Part shown: positions 1 through 6,974 of the stretch, in pieces
How positions within the stretch are numbered: the first letter of the stretch is position 1
Layout of the letters: every line of letters begins with the position of its first letter
DNA from: Candidatus Gastranaerophilales bacterium
GTDB taxonomy: Bacteria; Cyanobacteriota; Vampirovibrionia; Gastranaerophilales; Gastranaerophilaceae
Direction: 5' to 3'
DNA: 64,000 nt
Assembly (NCBI GenBank): GCA_910587815.1
Contig: CAJUNK010000013.1
Span: 11,481-75,480 of the forward strand
Notes under the pieces: generated by a model
Database searches by the model: none
What the model saw: the letters and a program-made list of their open reading frames with translations, nothing else
What the model was told of the DNA's origin: nothing
Program-made: the position numbers and the translations under genes

Positions 1-919
1 GAATTGCCATCTGTGCATACATTCTGTTTTGCGCCTGGTTAAAAATGTGCTGTGCATTTTGTTCAAAGCTGGCCACTGTTATTTCTTCGCCTTTGTGTGC
101 TGGCAGGCAATGCAGTATTATATGGCCTTTTGCAGCTTCTTTTGTTAATTTATCGTTTATTTGATAACTTTGAAAAATTTGCTTTCTTTCGTTTGTTTCT
201 GCCTCTTGTCCCATACTTGTCCAAACATCGCCATAGATTATATCTGCATCCTCTACTGCATCTATTGGGTCTTGCAGGATATGTATTGTACTTTTTGTTT
301 TTTGGGCAATTTCTTTTGCAATTTTTATCTGATTTTCGTTTGGTCTATAGCCATTTGGTGTACCTGTTGAAATATCCATTCCCACAAGTGCGCAGCCTAT
401 TAAAAGGCTGTTTGTTACATTATTTCCATCGCCTACATAGGCAAGTTTTAATCCTTTTAATTTGCCAAATTTTTCTTTTACTGTCATTAAATCTGCCATA
501 ATCTGACATGGATGCGAAAGATCCGTAAGAGCATTTATTACTGGAATATCAGAAAATTTTGCAAATAATTCTACATCGCTATGGTTAAATGTTCTTATTG
601 TGATGCCATCCACATATTTTGATATTACCCTTGATGTATCTTCGATGCTTTCTCTTTTACCTAGAATAATTTCGTCTTGTTTTATAACAAAAGATGAAGC
701 ACCAAGCTTTTTTGCGCCTATTTCAAAGCTTAATCTTGTTCTAAGGCTTGGTTTTGCAAAATACATTACAAGATTTTTTCCTTTTAAAATGTTTAAATTT
801 TTGTTGTTTTTAGTCTTTTTTTTAAGTTCAATACCTAGATTTATCAATTCTTCAATTTCGTTTGAGGTAAAATCTTCCAGGTTAATAAAATGTTTTCCTT
901 TCAAGTGTTTTAATGACAT
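1..919 (-). CDS. argF: ornithine carbamoyltransferase (3' end runs off the window start)
   Basis: Absent from the ORF track because it is open at the window edge. Reverse-strand translation from ATG 919-917 gives MSLKHLKGKHFINLEDFT...FAKPSLRTRLSFEIGAKKLG...ALTDLSHPCQIMADL...ILHCLPAHKGEE, with the SxRTR, HPCQ and HCLPA OTCase motifs. AAGGAG RBS upstream. Confidence 0.9.
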   Translation of the reverse strand, partial: MSLKHLKGKHFINLEDFTSNEIEELINLGIELKKKTKNNKNLNILKGKNLVMYFAKPSLRTRLSFEIGAKKLGASSFVIKQDEIILGKRESIEDTSRVISKYVDGITIRTFNHSDVELFAKFSDIPVINALTDLSHPCQIMADLMTVKEKFGKLKGLKLAYVGDGNNVTNSLLIGCALVGMDISTGTPNGYRPNENQIKIAKEIAQKTKSTIHILQDPIDAVEDADIIYGDVWTSMGQEAETNERKQIFQSYQINDKLTKEAAKGHIILHCLPAHKGEEITVASFEQNAQHIFNQAQNRMYAQMAI

Positions 920-1102
920 TGTTTTCTCCTTTATCTAGTAAATTTTCTTGCTGGCTAGTTTTGTTTTTGTGCTCTTTAATATAAAATTTGTATGCGAAAT
1001 TTATGCAAATTAAGAGCTGTAGTATACTAAAAGCCTTGTATACCAAAATGCAGTATGGCAGGGCTTAAAATTTATACAAAGACAAATTAAATATGCAAAA
1101 AT

Positions 1103-1142
1103 GCACCCGTTTTTTGGCCAAATGGCTTTAGGGTGCTTTTTT
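1103..1142 (+). terminator. orphan terminator-like hairpin (GCACCC-22 nt-GGGTGC followed by T6)
   Basis: Stem arms at 1103-1108 and 1131-1136, T run at 1137-1142. No annotated + strand gene lies upstream. Confidence 0.3.
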
Positions 1143-1433
1143 AAAAATTTATGTTAAACTTTAAAATATTTTACACACCAAAACCGGCCAAAATACGGCC
1201 CAAGCGTCGGTTTTGACGGCGCAATTGGTGTTTATTTAAATTTAAAGTTATCGTTTCCATAAATTTGAGTATACACTATTTTAAAATTTTTGCAAGTGTT
1301 TTTAGTACAATTTTTCTTGGGCGCGAATTTTTTACTTGTGTGAATTAACTGAAAAACTTGCTTTTAGTGTGTTTTAATGATATAAAGATGTGGAGTTTTA
1401 ATATTGGTAGTGGGATTTTAAGAAGGATTTTAG

Positions 1434-2081
1434 ATGAAAATTTTAGATTTTATAAAAGAACATGTTAGTTTTAAATTTCATTTTGTAAGTGTTTTAGCGC
1501 TTGTTATTCTTCTTTTGATACCTGCTATGCTGGCCTTTTTGCCGCAGGACTGGGGCTTTGAAAACGGTTTATTGGAAGATTTTCAAATGCTTGTTTTATT
1601 TTGGATATTAGCTATGTGTGTTTATGCAAAAAATAATAAAAGAATTTTTAAGTATGCAGCATTTGCACTTTTAATTATAATTTTAAGAGAGATAAACCTT
1701 GGCAGGACAATACTTTTCCCTATTCCTGGTGAAGTTGGTAAATTTTACCCTTGGAGCTATGTAAATGAGCAAATGGGCTTTCCAATAGGTAAATGCGTAC
1801 ATTTTGTGTATGGTGCATATATTGCACTTATTGCAATTTTATTTATCATAAAAGGAATTTTCAAAGATGGGTTTAATTTAGTTTTTAAAACAAAACTACC
1901 ATTTTGGAATTTAATTTTTATGGGCATAGCGTCTTTTTGCGGAGCTATAGCTGAAAAGGCTACAAATAATAATTTCATATTTGAAGAGGGATTTGAATTA
2001 TTGTTTTATGTGGCGCTTGCTGGTGTAATTTATCTTTATACAATGGATGACAGGTATAAAATAGAAGAAAAAGCAGAATAG
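1434..2081 (+). CDS. multi-pass membrane protein, unknown function
   Basis: 215-aa ORF with several hydrophobic helices. No recognisable catalytic motif. Confidence 0.6.
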   Translation: MKILDFIKEHVSFKFHFVSVLALVILLLIPAMLAFLPQDWGFENGLLEDFQMLVLFWILAMCVYAKNNKRIFKYAAFALLIIILREINLGRTILFPIPGEVGKFYPWSYVNEQMGFPIGKCVHFVYGAYIALIAILFIIKGIFKDGFNLVFKTKLPFWNLIFMGIASFCGAIAEKATNNNFIFEEGFELLFYVALAGVIYLYTMDDRYKIEEKAE

Positions 2082-2086
2082 ATTAT

Positions 2087-2614
2087 CTAATTTGATTTTT
2101 GTCTTTTGTTTGCAACAATGTTTTTTAGGGTAATTTTTTCTTCTGTTTTACTTTGGTTTTGGATTTTTAGTGCGTAATCTTCTATTTTTTTAATGAAATG
2201 TGCAGGATTTCCAGCCCAAACTTCACCCGGCGGGACATTTTTTGTAACAACAGAACCCGCACCTATTACTGAATTATTGCCAATTGTGACATTTGGCATT
2301 ATGATTGATTTGCAGCCTATGAAACAATTGTTTCCAATTTTAATTTTTCCAAATGTTGAAATTTCTACATCTTTAATTAAATCTTTGCAGGCAAAATGAC
2401 CGCCATCATGGGTTAAAAATGTTACATCAAAGGATATTTTGGTATTGTCGCCAATTTCAATTAAATATGGTTCTGAACCAAAATTTGGCCAAAGATATGG
2501 AAAATTATGAATTGTAATTATACTAACATTTTTACCTAATTTTACCCCTAAAGATTTTGCATATTCTATGGGGTTTTTAGGTTGATTTTTAAATAACTTA
2601 GAGAATATTTTCAT
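2087..2614 (-). CDS. hexapeptide-repeat (left-handed beta-helix) O-acetyltransferase
   Basis: IGNNCFIGCKSIIMPNVTIGNNSVIGAGSVVTKNVPPGEVWAGNPA is a typical LbH acetyltransferase C-terminus. Same strand as the polysaccharide locus and directly downstream of it before the phage inserted. Confidence 0.8.
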   Translation of the reverse strand: MKIFSKLFKNQPKNPIEYAKSLGVKLGKNVSIITIHNFPYLWPNFGSEPYLIEIGDNTKISFDVTFLTHDGGHFACKDLIKDVEISTFGKIKIGNNCFIGCKSIIMPNVTIGNNSVIGAGSVVTKNVPPGEVWAGNPAHFIKKIEDYALKIQNQSKTEEKITLKNIVANKRQKSN

Positions 2615-2684
2615 TAGGCTGCTCTTTTCTTTTGCATTGATGATATTGAGTTAAAATTAAGCAGCCATTTGCGAGCTATATTTA

Positions 2685-2701
2685 CTCTCTCTCTCTCTCT
2701 C
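2685..2701. repeat. (CT)8.5 dinucleotide microsatellite
   Basis: ctctctctctctctctc read directly. Lies inside the severed gene tail, where it encodes ERERE. Confidence 0.95.
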
Positions 2702-2810
2702 GGTTGCGCTGTTTGTATATACTGTGTTTAAGCTTTCAAAAGTATATGATTCCATAAATTCCCAGGGAAATTTCAGTACTTCTTTTTTATGTCCTAATTT
2801 GGTATACAGT

Positions 2811-2815
2811 GTTTT
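2811..2815. repeat. target-site duplication GTTTT (left copy)
   Basis: Identical pentamer immediately outside both prophage termini (2811-2815 and 34199-34203). Confidence 0.8.
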
Positions 2816-2872
2816 TGTAACGCGTCAGGAGGTTTGAGAAAAAAGTTGCAGGGAGTTTGAGAATTTTTTCAA
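2816..2872. repeat. late-end terminal inverted repeat with two adjacent end repeats (putative transposase-binding sites)
   Basis: TGTAACGCGTCA-GGAGGTTTGAGAA (2828-2840) and GGGAGTTTGAGAATTTTTT (2851-2869). A weaker third copy, AGTTTGAAGTTTTTTT, is at 2935-2950. Confidence 0.7.
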
Positions 2873-2951
2873 TTTCAAATTATTTATTTGCCTGGTTAGT
2901 ATATATTTTGTATATCAAATTATTTTTTAATTAAAGTTTGAAGTTTTTTTG

Positions 2952-2988
2952 AAAATAAAAGGCAAAAACCTTTATTTGGCTTTTGCCT
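2952..2988 (-). terminator. rho-independent terminator after the methylase gene
   Basis: On the minus strand: AGGCAAAAGCC-loop-GGTTTTTGCCT (one mismatch) followed by TTTTATTTT. Confidence 0.6.
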
Positions 2989-3007
2989 AAACATCAACAC
3001 AAAAAAA

Positions 3008-3760
3008 CTAATAATTCTTAATTAAAAGTTCCTTGTATTCTCTGCCTTTCGGGCAACAACCATTTATTCCCTTAAGCCTTGAAACCTCAATAATATAAAA
3101 GCCCTTATAAAGCTTTCTGATTGATTCTGAATCATCATAAGATAACAAGAATTTTCCTTTAATATTCTTTAGTGTTTCAGCCAGTTTTTCATGTTCAAAG
3201 TCCTTTGTAGAGCAAACCTCGTAACCTTCGCCCTTTGAATATGGTGGGTCAAGATAAAAGAAATTTTGTCCGTTATCATAGGTTTGAATTAAATCAAGAG
3301 CATTCTTATTCTCTATATTAACCTTATCAAGCCTTTTTGAAATCTCCATAACTCTCTCTATTATGCCCCCTGCAGATTTAACTCTGACAGCATATGTTGT
3401 TCCTTTTGCACCAAAAGAATAATTAATAACATACAAAAACTGTGCAGCTTTTTGAATATCCGTAATGCCATCAAAGTTAAGCTGTTGTTCAAATTGTGTT
3501 CTGCTTGATAACATATAGCACATTTGACGTGCTAATTCACACGGATGATACTTAACGACGTTGAAAAGGTTTACAAGCCTGTTATCAAGGTCGTTATAGA
3601 TTTCTAATTCCGCCCATCGTTCTTTATAAAATAATACCCAGCCCCCGCCACCAAAGGGTTCAATATATCCTTCAATATCTTTAGGGATTAATTCAGCGAT
3701 TTTCTTTCTTAAAAGACGTTTCCCGCCAATCCAAGAAATTAAATATTTATATTTATTCAT
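3008..3760 (-). CDS. N6-adenine DNA methyltransferase, D12/Dam class
   Basis: N-terminal WIGGKRLL and EPFGGGG (AdoMet binding) plus DPPY catalytic motif (FFYLDPPYSKGEGY). Last gene before the phage end, the position mom occupies in Mu. Confidence 0.85.
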   Translation of the reverse strand: MNKYKYLISWIGGKRLLRKKIAELIPKDIEGYIEPFGGGGWVLFYKERWAELEIYNDLDNRLVNLFNVVKYHPCELARQMCYMLSSRTQFEQQLNFDGITDIQKAAQFLYVINYSFGAKGTTYAVRVKSAGGIIERVMEISKRLDKVNIENKNALDLIQTYDNGQNFFYLDPPYSKGEGYEVCSTKDFEHEKLAETLKNIKGKFLLSYDDSESIRKLYKGFYIIEVSRLKGINGCCPKGREYKELLIKNY

Positions 3761-3784
3761 AATTCAGCTACCTTTCTTAATTTT

Positions 3785-3793
3785 TGATATGAT
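3785..3793 (+). promoter_or_regulatory. candidate extended -10 promoter element TGaTATGAT
   Basis: TG-n-TATGAT read directly. It would start a + strand transcript near 3800, exactly where the GC-rich island begins. No good -35. Confidence 0.3.
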
Positions 3794-3800
3794 TTTTATG

Positions 3801-3970
3801 TGGGGAGCGGATTTTGGCGGGGCGTGGCAGGCGAAGCCGAACGCTATCTGTGAACAGCCTGTTGAAGGCTGTGAACCCGCAATAATCCAAGACGGCTATG
3901 GTACTATAGCTATTCCCATAGTAGTTGCCGCTGTTATGGGAACTTGGGGCGAAAGCCCCTTGCCTGCTTC
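3801..3970 (+). ncRNA. candidate structured RNA (GC-rich, hairpin-dense island); strand tentative
   Basis: 38/60 G+C in 3801-3860 inside AT-rich DNA. Hairpins: ACAGCC-7-GGCTGT (3854-3872), GCTAT-6-ATAGC (3895-3910), CCCATA-14-TATGGG (3915-3940), GGGGC-GAAA-GCCCC (3946-3959; GNRA loop only on the + strand). The 89-aa track ORF here has no RBS and an implausible composition. Confidence 0.35.
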
Positions 3971-4068
3971 ACTTTTAAGTATCAATGAATGCAAATACAG
4001 CACAGTATATATATTCAATTTTCAATGTTCAATAAAAAGTAATTTAAACCCGCATTAATTGATGTTTA

Positions 4069-4089
4069 AAACCCTGTTAATACGGGTTT
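4069..4089. terminator. bidirectional terminator-like hairpin AAACCC-9 nt-GGGTTT
   Basis: A second AAACCC at 4046-4051 can pair with the same GGGTTT. U-rich sequence follows on both strands. Confidence 0.3.
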
Positions 4090-4140
4090 GATTATTAAAT
4101 TGTTAAATATCAAATATGATAAATGTCAATATGCAATGAA

Positions 4141-4305
4141 TTATCGTTTAGCTGATATCAAACATTCAGTGAAGAATATGAGTATAATTCCATTTATACC
4201 TCCAATACAAAGTGCAATATTTGATTGGGTAAAACAAAATACAAATATTGCAATTATGCAGAATAGAAAATTAATGGAATAACATATCCAAAAACTTTTA
4301 TTCAT
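4141..4305 (-). CDS. 54-aa two-helix hydrophobic protein (holin/lysis accessory, or type I toxin-like)
   Basis: Below the track's apparent size limit (smallest listed ORF is 60 aa). ATG 4305-4303 sits 10 nt after the amidase stop, preceded by AAAGGA. Translation: MNKSFWICYSINFLFCIIAIFVFCFTQSNIALCIGGINGIILIFFTECLISAKR. Confidence 0.5.
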   Translation of the reverse strand: MNKSFWICYSINFLFCIIAIFVFCFTQSNIALCIGGINGIILIFFTECLISAKR

Positions 4306-4315
4306 TCCTTTTCAC

Positions 4316-4852
4316 CTATAACCTTTCTAAATACCACTGCACCTTCCCTCGGATATAATCCCCCACTCCATGGGCTGCAAGGTTTGGTTCATATGGAATA
4401 AAATTAATATCAGGCTTTCCTTTTGATTCTGTCTTTGGATTTTGTATACCAAATTCATAATGAGTTAATACAGTTATTGGAGATATTACTATTGCATATT
4501 TTTTACATAGTTCAGCACATAGTTTAAACATTTTTTCAAACTGAATCTTTTGTAATGGGTATTTACCTTGATTGGATGGAGATTTAAAACCTGCATTACC
4601 ACATAAGGCTATACCTATACTTCCTGTATTACCTCCTCCTGTATGTGCTGCATATTTACCATCATAACAGTTTAGATTATCTTCGGGTTTACAGATTCCA
4701 TTTTTGACATTAGCTGCTCTGTGCTGCTTATCATACTCTATCAGATAGTGATAATGTGCTTTTTCACCTTCATTTGGGGTGTATGTGCCAGCCGTCCAAT
4801 GCAGTATTATTCTTTTCATTTTTCTTAAAGTCCTTTCTGTGCTTTTATCCAA
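4316..4852 (-). CDS. endolysin, N-acetylmuramoyl-L-alanine amidase (Amidase_2/PGRP type)
   Basis: ILHWTAG...AHYHYLIEYD...AAHTGGGNTGSIGIALCGN resembles T7-lysozyme-type zinc amidases. Confidence 0.8.
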   Translation of the reverse strand: MDKSTERTLRKMKRIILHWTAGTYTPNEGEKAHYHYLIEYDKQHRAANVKNGICKPEDNLNCYDGKYAAHTGGGNTGSIGIALCGNAGFKSPSNQGKYPLQKIQFEKMFKLCAELCKKYAIVISPITVLTHYEFGIQNPKTESKGKPDINFIPYEPNLAAHGVGDYIRGKVQWYLERL

Positions 4853-5132
4853 TGTTTGGCATTACATAATTTTTATTTATTCTGTAATCAGCACATTTTT
4901 CTATGGCTTTTTCAATAAGCCCATCTGCAAGCTTTATAAGGCTTTCGCGAAAGAATGGAATCAATGGTTTTAGATAAATTGGAAGCTTTGATAGTAAAAA
5001 ATCTATAGCCATTTCCTTTTTTACGGCGCCTGTACCCTCACCTAATAAATCTTCAGCATACCTTATTGCTTTCTGTACTAAGTTTTTAAAACATTGATTT
5101 GCTTTTTTGATAATAATTTCTTTAAATTTCAT
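4845..5132 (-). CDS. small helical protein upstream of the endolysin (LL-H-holin-like region, no clear TM)
   Basis: EGTGAVKKEMAIDFLLSKLP resembles the conserved soluble part of LL-H-family holins. Overlaps the amidase start by 8 nt. Confidence 0.4.
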   Translation of the reverse strand: MKFKEIIIKKANQCFKNLVQKAIRYAEDLLGEGTGAVKKEMAIDFLLSKLPIYLKPLIPFFRESLIKLADGLIEKAIEKCADYRINKNYVMPNIG

Positions 5133-5172
5133 ACTTCTTAAATCCTTTCTATTTTTATATTAAAATTAAGTT

Positions 5173-5364
5173 ATGTTGGAAGTTTTTAAATACGGCAAAA
5201 AAGTTGATATACCTTGTTTTATATGTGATGCACCCGCTAATTTTGATATTCATATAACATCGCATAATGGCGCGTTTACAAACATTAATATTTGTGGAGA
5301 ATGCCTTAAAAAGCTAAAACAAGAATTTGAAAACTTTGAAATCCCGGCAAAGATTAAACTTTAA
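5173..5364 (+). CDS. possible zinc-ribbon protein (CxxC-22-CxxC), opposite strand to the late operon
   Basis: 63-aa ORF filling an otherwise 228-nt gap: CFICDAPANFDIHITSHNGAFTNINICGEC. No convincing RBS. Confidence 0.35.
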   Translation: MLEVFKYGKKVDIPCFICDAPANFDIHITSHNGAFTNINICGECLKKLKQEFENFEIPAKIKL

Positions 5365-5759
5365 AACAGTATTTCATCATCAATTAATACCTGTAATTCT
5401 TCTCTTAAAACCGCGGCTTTGTTTTCATAATCCATCAGTTTTTCGATATCTTCGGGGTTTGGCGGCTCTTCATTTAAAATGCAAAGAGAAATTGCTCTTG
5501 AACTTCTTTGGCTTTGTTTATCTATCTCATCAAGCTGTACTCTAATTTCAGCTATTCTTGCTTCTCTTCTTTTCTGCTCTTTTTCGTCTTCTGTTTTCAT
5601 AGGGCATTTATCTGTCAGATACCAATTGCCATCTATATCAGATTGTTTAACATCTACTTTCTTCATCCTCTTTGACATATAGAATCTTTTATTATTTCCC
5701 ATACTAACCCCATGGCATAATCCTGTATCTTTATCTATTGTTTGAACGTATTTAAGCAT
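5361..5759 (-). CDS. tail-fibre-assembly-like protein (second copy, divergent N-terminus)
   Basis: C-terminal RIAEIRVQLDEIDKQ...YENKAAVLREELQVL parallels RIAEIKLELETIDKQ...YNNKAKGLREELKTL in the 199-aa protein. Confidence 0.55.
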   Translation of the reverse strand: MLKYVQTIDKDTGLCHGVSMGNNKRFYMSKRMKKVDVKQSDIDGNWYLTDKCPMKTEDEKEQKRREARIAEIRVQLDEIDKQSQRSSRAISLCILNEEPPNPEDIEKLMDYENKAAVLREELQVLIDDEILF

Positions 5760-5875
5760 AATTATTAATTAATCCTTTCTAATTCCTGCTTAGTTTTTCT
5801 TTTACTATTCCTGCTTTTATTTTTATTACTGTTTCTATTTATCTCTAATGCTCTAGTGTTATTGCTCCCTTTTAT

Positions 5876-6346
5876 TTATTCTTTTCTTTCTTCACTCACC
5901 CTCCCCATCAACGGATAACACACTTCACTTACACTTGAACAATCATAGGTTATCTTTATTGCTTCATTAGGTTTAATATAAATTGGTGTATGTCCTTTTT
6001 CTCCATAGTTAGTTCCAATATTAAAAACCAATTCATTATTGATAAATACATTACATCCTTTTGAGCCACTCTGTACTAAATTCCAAACAGGTGACACATA
6101 CATTAGATAATAATCATCCGATATGAATTCTAATCCTTTATCTATCCCTGCACTGTAATCTGGCATCAACCAGTTTATTATCCTTTCCTTATCATCCTTA
6201 ATTAAAGAATTATCCTTAATATCAGATAGTTCCTTGTCAAGAACAGTGTAGTTATATGGATTAGTATATGGGTTTTTATTTGTTGATGTATTTGTTGTTG
6301 TATTTGATATTTCATTATTAACTTCATTATTTATTTCATTGCTCAT
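5876..6346 (-). CDS. N/T-rich protein in the second fibre cassette (possible receptor-binding or adhesin module)
   Basis: ORF with a likely start at MSNEINNE (ATG 6346) overlapping the upstream stop. Low-complexity N-terminus followed by a cysteine-containing globular part. Confidence 0.5.
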   Translation of the reverse strand: MSNEINNEVNNEISNTTTNTSTNKNPYTNPYNYTVLDKELSDIKDNSLIKDDKERIINWLMPDYSAGIDKGLEFISDDYYLMYVSPVWNLVQSGSKGCNVFINNELVFNIGTNYGEKGHTPIYIKPNEAIKITYDCSSVSEVCYPLMGRVSEERKE

Positions 6347-6935
6347 TATTACCCACCTCACTATCTAATGTTTTTAACTCCTCCCTTAATCCTTTGGCTT
6401 TATTATTGTAATATTCAAGCCAGCTTTCATTTGTTGTTTTATCCTTAATTTCAGGCTCAGTAATGGCTCTAATCTTTTGTTTGTCTATTGTTTCAAGTTC
6501 AAGCTTAATTTCAGCTATTCTTTGCTGGTTTTGGGTTTCAAGCTTCTCTTGTTCAATTTCAGCCTTGCTTTTTTTCAAAACTTTTCCATTCCCGATTTTA
6601 AAATTAGATGGATTTTGCTTTATTAATTCTGCAAGTTCATTTGGAACAACAAAACCATCCTGAATTTTACCGATTTTTTTAATATCTCGGATATTAAAAT
6701 CTGTGGTTAGAAGCTTAAAGTCTTTACGATAATCAGGTTCTATTTTCCATTTATTGTTTTTAATATCAAAAATGAGAACCTCGTTTTCCTTTATTTTAGG
6801 TGGTTCAACGATTGTTGCATTGGCTGGGATTAACGGAACAAATCTGCCCTTAAGTTTTGTTTCTTCGGGGTTGCATTCTGCCATTGTTGAATATGTAAAT
6901 TCTTTTGTATCTTTATCAAAATGATATATGCGCAT
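6336..6935 (-). CDS. tail fibre assembly protein (chaperone)
   Basis: MRIYHFDKDTKEFTYSTMAECNPEE...PLIPANATIVEPP...WKIEPDYR is the typical Caudovirales tail-fibre-assembly N-terminal pattern. Directly downstream of the fibre gene. Confidence 0.7.
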   Translation of the reverse strand: MRIYHFDKDTKEFTYSTMAECNPEETKLKGRFVPLIPANATIVEPPKIKENEVLIFDIKNNKWKIEPDYRKDFKLLTTDFNIRDIKKIGKIQDGFVVPNELAELIKQNPSNFKIGNGKVLKKSKAEIEQEKLETQNQQRIAEIKLELETIDKQKIRAITEPEIKDKTTNESWLEYYNNKAKGLREELKTLDSEVGNNEQ

Positions 6936-6974
6936 ATTCTTTAATTCTCCTTATTTGTTATTTATTTTTATTAT

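Larger units (their letters stand above)
2657..2815 (-). pseudogene. severed 3' end (51 codons plus stop) of the GT61/DUF563 gene now ending at 34177
   Basis: Joining 34204 onwards to 2815 downwards through one GTTTT copy continues the 34177-35397 reading frame without stops: ...RIYK TLYTKLGHKKEVLKFPWEFMESYTFESLNTVYTNSATERERESKYSSQMAA, stop at 2659-2657. Confidence 0.6.

Noticed and set aside
52-938. Track ORFs on the + strand (52-501, 161-370, 600-938)
   Set aside because: They lie antisense to a clearly recognisable argF coding sequence on the minus strand and translate to leucine/phenylalanine-rich low-complexity strings.
2616-3007. tRNA or tmRNA integration site at the prophage boundary
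   Set aside because: No tRNA-like sequence lies at either junction. The 5-bp duplication and TG/CA ends indicate transpositional rather than integrase-mediated insertion.
3789-4282. Track ORFs of 89 aa (3789-4058) and 64 aa (4088-4282) in the endolysin/methylase gap
   Set aside because: They have no RBS, and the first has a composition driven by GC-rich hairpins (see the ncRNA candidate). The second is antisense to the better-supported 54-aa minus-strand ORF with an RBS.
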